From positions 81,550,834 to 81,614,833 of the forward strand of contig NC_068986.1 in the NCBI RefSeq assembly GCF_001194135.2: a stretch of DNA of 64,000 nt, in the 5' to 3' direction. This document shows positions 26,464 through 38,775 of this stretch, piece by piece. This DNA comes from Octopus bimaculoides (Eukaryota). The notes under the pieces were generated by a model. The model was not told the DNA's origin. It was given only the letters and a program-made list of their open reading frames with translations, and searched no databases. Both the position numbers and the translations under genes were made by a program. Numbering within the stretch: position 1 is the first letter of the stretch; each line of letters starts with the position of its first letter.

Positions 26464-26620
26464 CTTCAGGATGGTCATTTTTTTTTTTTTTGTGCCAAAA
26501 TAAACACCTACACTATATATATATTTTTTTCTTCACTCGTTTATTACCGTTATTTTATTATTTTGATGCCTGTCCATTGTCTGGAAAGCTTTCATCACAC
26601 ATCTGTGACCTCTTCAGTGA
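26464..26620 (+). mobile_element. Degenerate MITE of the same family as 22067-22296 (a second start at about 27205)
   Basis: TACTTC(A/G)GGATGGTCATTTT occurs at about 26464 and 27205 and resembles the terminus of the fold-back element. Confidence 0.45.
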
Positions 26621-27592
26621 CACTTTTCATTTCTCTGTGTGTTCTTGCTCCACTCACTCCATTCTGTTCTAAGATGTGTATCTTTATGTGCGCATGCAAT
26701 TGTGTCCTTGTTTGTTTGTTTGTGTGTGTGTGCGTATGCTTGTGTGTGTGTGTGTCATAGCTAATAGCGGCAGTGTGGCCTTCACCTCAGCCCCAACCTC
26801 TCACCCTATTGTGCTGCTGCTGTCCTAAGACCTGAGGGGGGGAAAAAAAAGGGGAATGTGCAGTTTCTGTATTCTTCTGTGTATGTGTGTTAGTCCACGG
26901 TGTTACCATCGTGGTCTTTGCTATTGTTATTGCCATCATCAGCACCGCTGTTGCTGCTGACCATGATAGCTGTGTTGTTGACAGCATATAGCCATTCATG
27001 AGGTTTCATGTGTTTGTGTGTGTGTGTATGGGTTTGCTTCATATGTATCCATGCCCTTTATATAGTTTTATTTATTTATTTTATCTATGTCTGTCTTACA
27101 TTTATCACAGGTATGTGGCAGATATATTTATATATTCATTTATTTATCTATTTATTTGCAAGATTCCTGATGTGAAATTTTGTTTTGAAACAGATATTAT
27201 TGTACTTCGGGATGGTCATTTTATTTATTATTATTTTTTTTTATGGTCATGTAGAAGTTTCAAAATTTGACAGATTAAGTTTCCTTCATGTAATACATAT
27301 AAAAGTTTGGTTTTAAAATATTCAGCTTTAAATAGAATAATGGTAACAAGCACCTTTTTAACAACATTGACTTTTACTAAATAAATGTCTAAACACTACA
27401 CTGGAAATTGCAAAGTTTCGGAAAGTTTAGTGAAGGTGTGTTGCCCTCTGCATAGGATGTTAGGGTTACACTGATAAGGACATGGGTTTCATTCCTTGAG
27501 TGGGCACCATGTTGTCTCTTTGAGCAAGGCACTTTTTTTCACCTTGCTTCAGCTTACTCAGCTGGAAATGAATACCAGCTTAACTGATGCAA

Positions 27593-27685
<93 letters not shown>
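27593..27685. repeat. (CT)n microsatellite
   Basis: CT run with one interruption. Confidence 0.98.
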
Positions 27686-27689
<4 letters not shown>

Positions 27690-28999
27690 TCACATCCTTG
27701 ATGTTCTTCTAAGTCAAGAGTGGGAGAGCTGAGATGGTATCTATGTCTGCATGCAACCACATTACATAAGCACTTGAAACAATTAATGAAAGCATGGTAT
27801 GAGCTACCATGTCACTTATGATTGATGACTGATAATAAAGCTTCTTTACAAATATGAACTACTGTTTTGAAATGGATGAAAGTTTAGTTTTGATATGGGC
27901 AAAATAGAATGTGCGAGAAGTAGGGGCAGTTAACTAGTATTAATGATTGCTCTAGAGAACTTGACTACTGCAGTATAAAGTGTAAAGTTTCAGTTCTCAG
28001 CCTTTGTTGAGGGCAACTAATTGTTATGCTAGTAGACATTAAAAAAATAGTAAAAAGGAAACACTAATATTTTAACATATATGGTTAAATTTGTTTTATT
28101 AAAACACTAATTTGTTTTAATATATGGAGACGATAAAGTTCTGTAGTTTTCAGTTTTGATGTAGCTATAGATTGTATACAGTTCCTGATATTGGCAACAT
28201 CAATATATCATCTCTACTTTTTGTTATTCATTATTTAACCTAACTGGGTCTATTTGACTTACTAAAGAATATTATTGCATTTGTTGTGAATTGTAATATC
28301 AAAGGTTATAGTTGATTGCATTCTCTTTATTGAAGAAATTAAAAAAAAAAATAAAACAAAATATTCTTTATAGTAAAGATTTTCTCTTTAGTGAAATGTT
28401 TATCTTGAGAACTTTCCAGTTTTTGCTGTTTGCTAGTATGGAGTTTATGCAAGTAGCTCAGCATTACTGCTCTTGGCAGTGGCATTTCTACATGAAAAGT
28501 TCATCATGTTTTCATCAGATTTTGTTATGAATTCTCATTTTAATGATTTAATGGAAACACTTAGAAAAGGCATATGAGTGATCTCCTTAATGCTTAAACA
28601 ATAAACAAAAACACTCAAACAGTATTATATAATACTACCTCATTCAAACTGTTTCTTTTATCCACAGAAAGGCAATAACATCAGAAATAATGGTTTGCAT
28701 AACTTTTTTTTTCTTGTTTGCTGTTGATAAAATGACTGGCTCTTTCAATAGAAAACAGTTTAGTCTTAATGTTCATCTGAAAACTAAATACTAATGTAAG
28801 GCACCAAGATACAATGGTAATGTGTTATAATCAAAGGGGCTGAAATTGACATTAGGAAATGGTTAAAAAAATAGACTGTATACATGTTAAACATGAAATT
28901 AGTAAAGCCAGATACCCTTCTATAAAATGTCTAGTGGAGGAATATCAATGATGAATGAATGTACTAACAATTGTAATTATGGCTACAGTAAAGGTTAAA

Positions 29000-29460
29000 T
29001 ATCTGGTTAGTATAATGATGTTTTTACAGTTGGTTAGTGTTGTAACAACTAAACATCTGGTTAGTGTAGTTACAACTGTACATCTGGTTAGTTTGGTGAC
29101 AGCTGTACACCTGGTTATTATAATAACAGTTGGACATCTGGTTGGTTAGTAATGGCTAAATGTCTGATTAGTGTAGTGATAGCTGTATATCTGGTTAGTG
29201 CAGCATCAGTTGTATGTCTGGTTAGTGTAGTGTAAGTTGTACATCTGGTTAGTGCCGTGACAATTGCATCTCTGGTTAGTGTTGCATCAATTATATGTCT
29301 GGTTAGTGTAGTGAAAGTTGTACATCTGGCTAGTGTAGTGACAATTGTATATCTGGTTAGTGTAGTATCAGTTGCACATCTGGTTAATATAGTGATAGTT
29401 GTATATCTGGTTAGTGTAGCATCAGTTGTATGTCTAGTTGGTGAAGTGATAGTTTTACCT
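29000..29460. repeat. 27-bp degenerate minisatellite, 17 units (consensus CATCTGGTTAGTGTAGTGACAGTTGTA)
   Basis: CTGGTTAGT anchors every 27 bp from 29003 to 29138, then one 26-bp unit, then every 27 bp from 29164 to 29434. Confidence 0.96.
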
Positions 29461-30068
29461 AGTGACAGCTTCTGCTCTGCACCTAAACACAAATCTCCAG
29501 GAATCAGTTCGACTTTTTCATTATGTAAGTTGAAAAGTCCATTGTATTATTCCAGTCAATTTTGATGACATGAACTGTTCTATTGTGAAGAGATCTAGAA
29601 GAAATGATGTAGAAAGAGAAAAAAGAACTGGTTTCATTTATCAAAATAATGACAGCTTCTGTTGTTTACAATGAGAAATATTTTACAATTGTTTCTTTTG
29701 GAAACTTCTATGCCAATATTGTGATGGGGATGAAATCTTATTACTGTTTAATTAAATGATGACAATATTATTTTCTGTTATATTTTGCTTTGGATGTTTA
29801 TTCAAATAAAATTTAGCAGCAGTTGGAAGGGTTTTTTTTTTCACAGTCTTCTGCACCAGTTATTAGAAAATACAGGTTGCTGTTTAATCAGTTTCAAAAC
29901 AACAATTGTTCAAGATATTATCGCCACACTTGTTAGAAGCAATAACATGTAATGTGAAAGATACTGTGTAAAGTTCCTTTTGTGATATCACTAATAGGAT
30001 ATCTTGTAATCAGTGATATTCAGAATCAGCCATTACAACTTTGATAAGTTTGTTAACAAATGTTAGAT

Positions 30069-30910
30069 AATTAGTCTAACACTTTAAATGTGAATGATTG
30101 TTCTAGAAGGAACAAAGCTTTCTTTACCAACTGTATGCCCCACCATCTCCACCACTGCCTCTCAAATGTCTTTAGTTTTTAAAATAGCCAGATAATGAGT
30201 GTTGTAGTAATGTTAATAATAGAGCTTAGGCATCACACAATCTTATTTTCTTTTTCCTAGAAGTATGCAAGAAATTGCATTGTAGTAGTTGCTGTCTTTA
30301 ACCTTTTTGTCATCACATTTCTCATAAAATGCACTACTTACATGTTTTGATTAATTAAAATAAAATTGAGAATTTGGTTAGTAAAGTAAAATTTTTATTT
30401 TTTGTTATTAGGTTAATTGGAACATATCTAAAAGTCTTTGTGTAAAATTTTGGATTCAATTTAAATATTTAGTTCTGTTACCTAGAACCAACCACCAGAG
30501 GTTTCAGGTAAAAGTTATCTTCTTGTGTCATACTGACTCATAAGGGCTGGTTTCCTGGTTTACAAATTCTCCACCAAGACAGGATGCTGGTCCATCACAA
30601 GATTACTTATTTTTGCCAGCTGAATGAACTGGAGCAATATGAATGAAGTGTTTTGCTCACGAACACGTGTCACTTGGTATAGGAACTAAAGCCATAGTCT
30701 TATGATCATGAGTCCAACACCCTAAGCCATGCGCCTCCACTAGAGGTTTCAGGTGGGTTGCTATAAAAAGAGTTAACAATTTCTGTGTATAAATTAGTCT
30801 AACACTTTAAATGTGAATGTTTGTTCTAGAAGGAACAAAGCTTTCTTTACCAACTGTATGCCCCACCATCTCCACCACTGCCTCTCAAATGTCTTTAGTT
30901 TTTAAAATAG
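30069..30910 (+). repeat. 119-bp direct duplication (30069-30187 and 30792-30910, 1 mismatch)
   Basis: AATTAGTCTAACACTTTAAATGTGAATG(A/T)TTGTTCTAGAAGG...GTTTTTAAAATAG in both copies, offset 723 bp. Confidence 0.95.
30510..30736 (-). mobile_element. tRNA-derived SINE with 18-bp TSD
   Basis: CCA(C/T)AGAGGTTTCAGGT-type duplication: CCACCAGAGGTTTCAGGT at 30492-30509 and CCACTAGAGGTTTCAGGT at 30737-30754 (1 mismatch). The minus strand begins GGCGCATGGCTTAGGGTGTTGGACTC. Confidence 0.85.
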
Positions 30911-32829
30911 TTTGGTAGTAATTAATCAGATTAGATATAATCACAGTTTCATTACAACAGTAGTGAACAATGGAAGAGATTGTAGATAACCAGCTTTCAC
31001 ACTATCCAATTTTTTGTCTCAGTGTTTTGTGTTCAAATCCTACTGGTGTTGGTATTGACAATTCAGATTCAGTACAATAAATACCATGTGAAGCTGAGGT
31101 TATCGTAGAACAAAGCAATTTGCCTAGTTAAAACAACAAAAAAGTAAGTTGGACATAGGGCTTACATTTTATCAGTTCTTAAGTAAGGTGAATTTGTAAT
31201 CTTCTTTCAATTTCCTGTTAGGATTTAAAATAGTCTGTAAAGTAATGAGCATCATAACACCCTTTTCTTTTCCTGCCCTTGTTATAAGTCTGAGCAATGA
31301 TGTCTATGTAGGAAAAAAATGATGACTGTTAATATTGCAGTCTTTCAATATTGATTATGTGGCAAGCTGGTTAAATTATCTTCATATCTATTTTGACATT
31401 GATTACAGAGATTTGTCTTTGCGAGATTATGTCCCCAACTGATAAACTAACTTCCAGTAATCAGTCACTACTGTGCTACTGCACCAATGGGGTTAACAAG
31501 CAACAACATTGATTTCTGATAAGCTTCTTAAAATATTGTGAACACTAGAAATATTATACAGTTATTTTTAAACATACATTCACACATACATACAATCATA
31601 CACATTTATTTTTCTCTCTCTTTCTGCTATATACATTCATATATGCACAATCATCTTTACACATACACACATGAATTGATTCATACTTATTCTGTCACTC
31701 ATCTTTATAGACATGTATTCATACTTTGATATTTTCTGATTCATAGGCCAAAACACAACACTCAAACACAGACACACATTACTCATATATAAATGCTCAC
31801 ATACTCACACCCACACAATGTACTTACATTGCTATACATTCACATCATTGCCAACCCAAATGTGTGTGTGTATTCCTATTTCAATACATTTCTATCAGTA
31901 TGTGTATATAATTGGACAGTGGTACCAGTTTTATCACATCTCTTTGGTAATCTCAGTTAATGCTGCCAGTATGTTGTGTACATTGGCGATGGTCATACTG
32001 TCTAATCTTTGCAATCATATTAAAATGGTTATATTTTCATCATGCAGATAATCTATTTGGTCAGGCTTTCTTAATCTTCTCATTAATGTTTCACCATTTT
32101 TCTTTTTGCATCAAAGAAAAGTGAAAAACAGTTTTGGAGTTCTTAGGGAGTGTCCTTGGAACAGTCCATTGTATTGTTCAGTACTGGAATATTCTTGTTT
32201 CATTCATGAACCCTTTTGCTAATTACAGCCATGCATATGAGAATAAACCAACAAAGGAGATTCTGTAAGGTTACTCCACCTGCTAGGAATAATAGGAATA
32301 ATAGGCAAATGAGATGGTCATGGTTGGAATGCATTTGATTATAGCTTTGCTGGATGGGATCTGAGTTGGCACTGAACAACACTGACAGCAACTAAGAACA
32401 ACCTTGTAAAATGACTAAATTGATAAGTTCCAAGACTTCTAGAACTAGTGTTCAATACCAGTTACTGTAGCAATAAACAGGTGGGATTATTTTTCATAGT
32501 AATGATGCATTTGTAATGTAACCAAAAGATATTTTTTACTTCAGCACTGAGCAGTTGATGGCCATCCACACATCATAAGTATGGATCTCATGATACTATT
32601 GATAACCTATGTGGAACTACATAGATGCAGGGAAATATTTTAGATTATGTGTAAAAAAAGGTTATCCAATTTATAGATGCAGATATGGCTCTGTGATTGA
32701 GAAGTTTGTTTCACAACCACATGGTTCTATGTTTGATCATACTGCATAGGATCTTGGGTGTCTACTGCCATAGTCTTGAGTTGACAGTGGATTTTGGTAG
32801 ACGAAAATTGTTTGAAAGACCATCTCTCT

Positions 32830-32863
<34 letters not shown>

Positions 32864-33394
32864 ATTTCCTTCAGTGATGCATATTAGTGAAGGGTAGAAA
32901 CAGTGTTTTAGGAATAAAAACATTTACCTTGTTACTGTTGTTATCAGAGAAGCGATAAATTAGTGATTAGCCCCTTGGAGATTTACGATAAATAATGCTA
33001 TTCTTCACAAATTTTGAGATAAAATAAATGATTGGCAGATTCTGACATTATCCAATCAGTCAATGACTGATGTACCGAGTGTCACTTGTACCTCAAATAT
33101 TTCTAGATAACTGTATTTAAGTGTAACAATTTATACTTCTGTTAATCAGTAACCACCTCTCTTTTTTGTATTATCCTTTGTGCATTTCAACTACACAAAT
33201 CAGTATTGAACCCTCTGCCACTCCTTTGGCCCCAGAACTGTATCTCTAGAACCATTTTTGTTCTGTATATTTTTCCCAACTGGCATCAATCTGCAGAAGT
33301 TGGAGCTAAACATCAACCACATCTGCTTCAGCAGTCTGGGATGACCTGCGTAAGTTGCGGCCCCTAATCTTCTACATTACTCTAAATAATAATT

Positions 33395-34345
33395 GCTTCT
33401 AATTTTGGCACAAGGGTGGCAGTTTTGAGCAGGGAGTGTTAGTTGATACCATTGACCCTAGTTCTGAACTGGCTCTTCATTTTATCAACCCTGAAAAGAT
33501 AAAAGACAAAGTTAGCCATGATGAGATTTGAACTCACAATGTAAATAGCCAGAGAAAATAATATAAGGTATTTTGACCAATGCTCTAATGATTCTGCCAA
33601 TTCTCCGCCTTCTTGATGATGTTGATGGTGAGGATGATGATGATAGTAACAATATTAATGATAATGGTTTAAATTTTGGCACAAGGCCAGCAATTTTCAA
33701 AAGGAGAAGATTACTTGATACCATTAATCTCAGTACTTGACTGGTACTTTATTTTATTGACCTTGGAGGGATGAAAGGTGAAGTTGACCTCAGTGGAATA
33801 TGAACTCAGAACATAATGACTCAGAAGAAATACTGATCTAACAATTCTGCCAATCCACTGCCTTGATGATAGTAATAATAATTAATAATAATAATGATAA
33901 TAATTTTGACACAAGACCAGCAATTTTGGGGGAGGGGGCAAGTCATTACATCGATTACAGTGCTCAACTGGTACTTATTTTACTGACCCCAAAAGGATGA
34001 AAGGCAAAGTGGACCTTGGTGGAATTTGAGCTCAGAACATAAACATGGACAAAATGCTGCTGAGTATTTTTCCCAGTATGCTAATGATTCTGCCAGCACA
34101 CTTTCTTAATAATAAAAATAACAATAATGATCCTTTCTACTATAGGCACAAGTCCTGAAATTTCAGGAGGGGAGACTAGTCTATTTCATTGACCGCAGTT
34201 TTTCACTGGTTCCTAATTTATCAACCCCAAAAAGATGAAAGGCAAAGTTGATCTCAGCAGAGTCTGAACTCAGAATGTAAAGATGGACGAAATGCTGCTA
34301 AGCATTTTCCTCAGCATGCTCACTATTTTGCTAGCTTGCCACTGC
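33395..34345 (-). mobile_element. Four head-to-tail copies of one tRNA-derived SINE family
   Basis: The motif (TTTAT)..GACCCC.AAAGGATGAAAGGCAAAGT.GACCT...GAATTTGAACTCAGAA..CTAATGATTCTGCCA recurs at about 33480, 33750, 33975 and 34215, with (AAT)n or (GAT)n between copies. Confidence 0.85.
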
Positions 34346-34379
34346 AATAATAATAATCATCATCATCGTCATTTAATGT

Positions 34380-34610
34380 CTGTTGGCATGGTTAAGACGG
34401 TTTGACTGGGCTGGCACGCTGGAAGGCTGCACCAAACTCCAGTCTGATTTGGCATGGTTTTCTATGGCTGGATGCCCTTCCTAACGCCAACCACTCCAAC
34501 AGTGTAATGGGTGCTTTTACGTGCCACCAGCACAGGTGCCATTTGCATGACACCGGGGTGCTTTCACATGTCACTGGAACGGGTGCCAATTTGCATGACA
34601 CCAGTACATA
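34380..34610 (-). mobile_element. SINE/LINE tail family with GGATGCCCTTCCTAACGCCAACCAC motif
   Basis: The same motif occurs at 56983-57115 (+) and 63345-63660 (-). There is an internal duplicated GGTGCCA.TTTGCATGACACC. Confidence 0.75.
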
Positions 34611-34895
34611 ATAATAACTTGTTGGTTTATTTATATCCCCACAGCTTAGCAGTTCAGCAAAAGAGACTGATAGAATAAGTACCAGATAAAAAAAGACAAA
34701 TAAAAAGACTTAATAGGCTGCAGTCCAGTGACTGAAACAAATAAAATATGAACAATAAAAAGCTGTCGCAAAGCAGACGATGGTAGCTTCTGCTCAGTTG
34801 TAGTGAAAATGTTTATATTGAATGAGGAGGATTATAAGAGTTAGAATCCTTTATATGAAGGAAAAAAAAAAAATCCAAAACAAAAATGATGAACA

Positions 34896-35295
34896 TAGGT
34901 GCAGGAGTGTGGTAAATAGCTTGTTTACCAACCACATGGTTCTGGGTTCAATCCCACTGCATGGTACCTTGGGCAAGTGTCTTCTACTGTAGCCTCGGAC
35001 TAACCAAAACCTTGTGAGTGGATTTGGTAGATGGAAACTGATAGAAGCTTTTCGTATATATATATATGTGTGTGTGTAATGTTTGTGTGTCTGTGTTCCC
35101 CCCCCCCCACCTACTTAACAACCAATGTTGGTGTGTTTATATCCCCATAACTTAGTGGTTCGGCAAAAGAGACCGATAGAATAAGAACTAGACTTACAAT
35201 GAATGAGTCCTGGGGTTGATTTATTTGACTAAAGGCAGTGCTCCAGCATGGCCGCAGTCAAATGACTGAAACAATTAAACGAATAAAAGAAAGAG
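34896..35295 (+). mobile_element. Near full-length tRNA-derived SINE
   Basis: B box GTTCAATCCC at 34946-34955, a microsatellite centre, and a tail AAAAGAGACCGATAGAATAAG...CCAGCATGGCCGCAGTC..TGACTGAAACA shared with 18290, 24175, 34655 and 50690. Confidence 0.85.
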
Positions 35296-35580
35296 TTAAG
35301 GTATAGATTCTGCCAGAATTTAAAAGAAAGCTGAGTGTAATTTGTTGCATGTGTAGGGGAGATGTGTACAATTGAGCATTAAAATTCTGCAATGATTATG
35401 GTTGGGTCTCACATGAGACAGGGGGATGAGATTATCTAAGCTATTAGTAGGTAATAACTCCCTCAAATTTAAAAACAGCAAGGAAGGGAGATAACTCTGA
35501 AATCAGATTATCTGAATTTTTGGACGATAGAGACAATATAGACAGGAGTGAATCTTGTCTTTAAAAGAAACGATGAAAGT

Positions 35581-35615
35581 AACGGACATGTTTCAGTCTT
35601 ACTGGCCTCCTCAGC
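35581..35615 (-). ncRNA. Degenerate minimal hammerhead motif
   Basis: CUGAGGA-GGCC(AGUAA)GACU-GAAA with palindromic ACAUGU followed by C (GUC triplet). Stem II has one mismatch and stem I is weak. Confidence 0.5.
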
Positions 35616-35638
35616 AAAACATTCTAATCACTTGGTAA

Positions 35639-35696
<58 letters not shown>

Positions 35697-35759
35697 AATT
35701 AACAGAATGAAATAAAAATCCAAGGCTGTGAAAGATTTCAGAACATTTACAAAGAGAAG

Positions 35760-35807
35760 GTCTTACAACTATTTCTGGGATATTTTATATATCCATTCAT
35801 CGGAGAC
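35760..35807 (-). ncRNA. Degenerate minimal hammerhead motif
   Basis: GUCU-CCGAUGA-AU-GGAUAU(AUAAA)AUAUCC-CA-GAAA-UAGUU-GUA-AGAC. Stem I is GUCU/AGAC, stem II is 6 bp and the cleavage triplet is GUA. Core U4 is changed to C. Confidence 0.55.
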
Positions 35808-36327
35808 GGTGCGAGAAAATGGTTAAGCAATAGTTATTCTAGAGAAGATATGAAATAGAGAGTGAAGTGGAGGAATGAAAACAGATGTGAAATATGCAGG
35901 GATATTATACCTGCAGTTCCATTATTTAAGCAGAATGGTATACATATAAGTTTCCTGTACCTTGTGTGTAAGTTCCAATAGTATTTATATATATAAAAAA
36001 GTGTGGCTTTCTGGTTAAGAAGCTTGCTTCCCAACTACGTAGTCTCAAATTCAGTGTCACTGTGCATCACCTTAAACAAGTGTCTTCTATTTTAGTCCCA
36101 GGCTGACAAAATCATTGTGAGTGGATTTGTAGAATGGACAGATGAGATCCAGAGATTCTTGGTATAGAAAACTGTAAACATTCAAATGATTCAAATTTAG
36201 ACTCCGATGTCTTTACAAGGGACAAATTCCTTGGGGTAAAGAATAGTTATAAAAGGAATTCAGGTGAGCAGATATAAAGGCAGTTATGTAGATAAACAAA
36301 TTAAATATGACAACTTGGGTTTGATAT

Positions 36328-36372
<45 letters not shown>

Positions 36373-36670
36373 GCAAACAGAAAGTAAGCAAAAACAGAAG
36401 ATTTTCAGACAAGTATTTAAGTATAAATAAGCTTGATCTATTGATATGTAAATAGCTATGTATTTATATTTAAACATTCATTGTCTGATGTTATTCTATA
36501 TTTCTAGTTTTCTGTGGAAAATAAGTCTGGCCATGGAGAAATACTACCTTGCTTGGAAATAGGTGACTGGTTGGGAACAGGAAGTACATCTAACTAGAGA
36601 AATTCTGCCCCAATAAATTTATCTAATGTACACAAACCTGGAAAAGTAGATGTTAAATTATGTTGAATGT

Positions 36671-36733
<63 letters not shown>

Positions 36734-37989
36734 NNNNNNNNNNNNNNNNNNNNNNNNNNNNNNNNNNNNNNNNNNNNNNNNNNNNNNNNNNNNNNNNNNN
36801 NNNNNNNNNNNNNNNNNNNNNNNNNNNNNNNNNNNNNNNNNNNNNNNNNNNNNNNNNNNNNNNNNNNNNNNNNNNNNNNNNNNNNNNNNNNNNNNNNNNN
36901 NNNNNNNNNNNNNNNNNNNNNNNNNNNNNNNNNNNNNNNNNNNNNNNNNNNNNNNNNNNNNNNNNNNNNNNNNNNNNNNNNNNNNNNNNNNNNNNNNNNN
37001 NNNNNNNNNNNNNNNNNNNNNNNNNNNNNNNNNNNNNNNNNNNNNNNNNNNNNNNNNNNNNNNNNNNNNNNNNNNNNNNNNNNNNNNNNNNNNNNNNNNN
37101 NNNNNNNNNNNNNNNNNNNNNNNNNNNNNNNNNNNNNNNNNTATATATATATATATGTTGATATTGATTACTCTTAGTCTTGCCAACTGAGTAAAAATAT
37201 GCTTTGTTGACGAGGTTGAAAAACATGTCTGTTGCTTTCACCATTTGGCTTAAAGATCAGATCTATTCTAATCTGCTTTGTCTATATTGTCCAAAAATTT
37301 TGATAAATTGATTTTGTGGAAGTTGTCTCCCTTACTTCTTTTTAGATTTTAAATACCCCTTGGTGGGATTTTTGTCTATTAATTGCTTGGAAAAATCTCG
37401 GTTAATTGAAGTTTTTCAACTCATTGTATTACATATCTTAGATTTTATGGTATGTGTAGTTAGTATGCAGAAGCCTCCCCTCTGCTACTTCTCTCAGCCA
37501 TATTGTTGCTATGATGTCAATATGTTTATTCTGTGTGTGGTGGGGTAGGGGGTGATATCTAAATATCTGAGCAGTATAGTTGGTACTATAACTTAATTTA
37601 ATTGGTCATACCATTTTAGTATCTGCATCTATTAAAAAAAATTACAGCCATTAAAGTTGTGACACCTGCTCACACACACTGTAGAGAGAGGTAGTACATA
37701 TATAGCATGCTTCAACATGAGATCACTAACTACACATGTGCCTCTGGCCACTTCCTCATCCTGTTTCTCTGATTAAGGTAGCATTTGAATCTTGTGAATG
37801 ACATGCTAGTTTGATAAGATATTTGACTCCACTTATGTATCTTCTCCTCCCTCCATCACCATTCGGAATGGACTCTGTGGAGCTGTTAAGTGGGAAAGAT
37901 AGAAATATAAGCTTTGTAATAAATTAGTCAGTGAAGGACGTAAGAGAGTTACTAAGAGATGTGTGTAAAGACGCGTGATATTGATTCCC

Positions 37990-38235
37990 GCCAGAATCCA
38001 CACTTTGTTTTATTTTCTCCTTCCTCTTTTCTCTTCTGTTTTTCTTTGCTCTTCGCTATTCTTCCTCTTCTCTATTCTTCCTCTTCTTTTTCTTCTCTAT
38101 TCATTCCTTCTTTTTTTCTTCTCTATTTTTCCCCTCCTTTTCCTTCTTTATTCTTCCTCTCCTTTCCCTTCTCTATTCATCCACTCCTCATCTCTCCTCC
38201 TTACTCTCTACAGCACTCTTCATCATTCTCATTCA
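37990..38235. repeat. Polypyrimidine (C/T-rich) low-complexity tract
   Basis: Almost exclusively TTC/CTT-type repeats. Confidence 0.9.
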
Positions 38236-38775
38236 AACTGATACTACTGTTTTCAGACTTTAGCAAGTCTGCATTTGTTAGTCGTAATCAGTAATTATAG
38301 GAACTCTTCAGTACCATGAGTATATGATTGAGATTTTCCCAATTATAGCAGACGTTGTTTTCCTACCACAACTATAACTACATCTCAACTTTAAACTCAC
38401 TTACCTTCCAACCTGTCTTTCTTATAATTTTGCAATGTCTACTGGAAGATGCAAGAGGTAGCATATCAGGTAATATTCCTCTCACTTCGTTGTTTGCCTT
38501 GCGTACGTTTTAGCAATATTGATGTTGGATACTGCATTTCTCTCAGCTGCTATCATCATCTGTTCGTTCCTCGTCTTTCTTCCAACCGTGTTGTTATTAG
38601 TATTACAGTGAATGTTTTGTTAGAGTGAGAAGATAAAAGTAAATTAAAGATACTACATATAAGAAACAGACTGAAGTCTGGTAACACTTGTGTATGTACT
38701 TCATAAGTTCGATAGGGACTCAGCTTCTATCAAAATTAAATGATTTTGCTGAATTGAATGTAAGCTCTTTGCTTA

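Noticed and set aside
29118-29565. Thr-rich (-) and Val-rich (+) ORFs over the 27-bp array called as genes
   Set aside because: These frames are stop-poor simply because of the repeat unit, and there is no splice or homology support. Kept only as a repeat finding.
38350-38620. Mariner-like HTH fragment on the minus strand (GRKTRNEQMMIAAERNAVSN)
   Set aside because: The similarity is too short and no TIRs were found.
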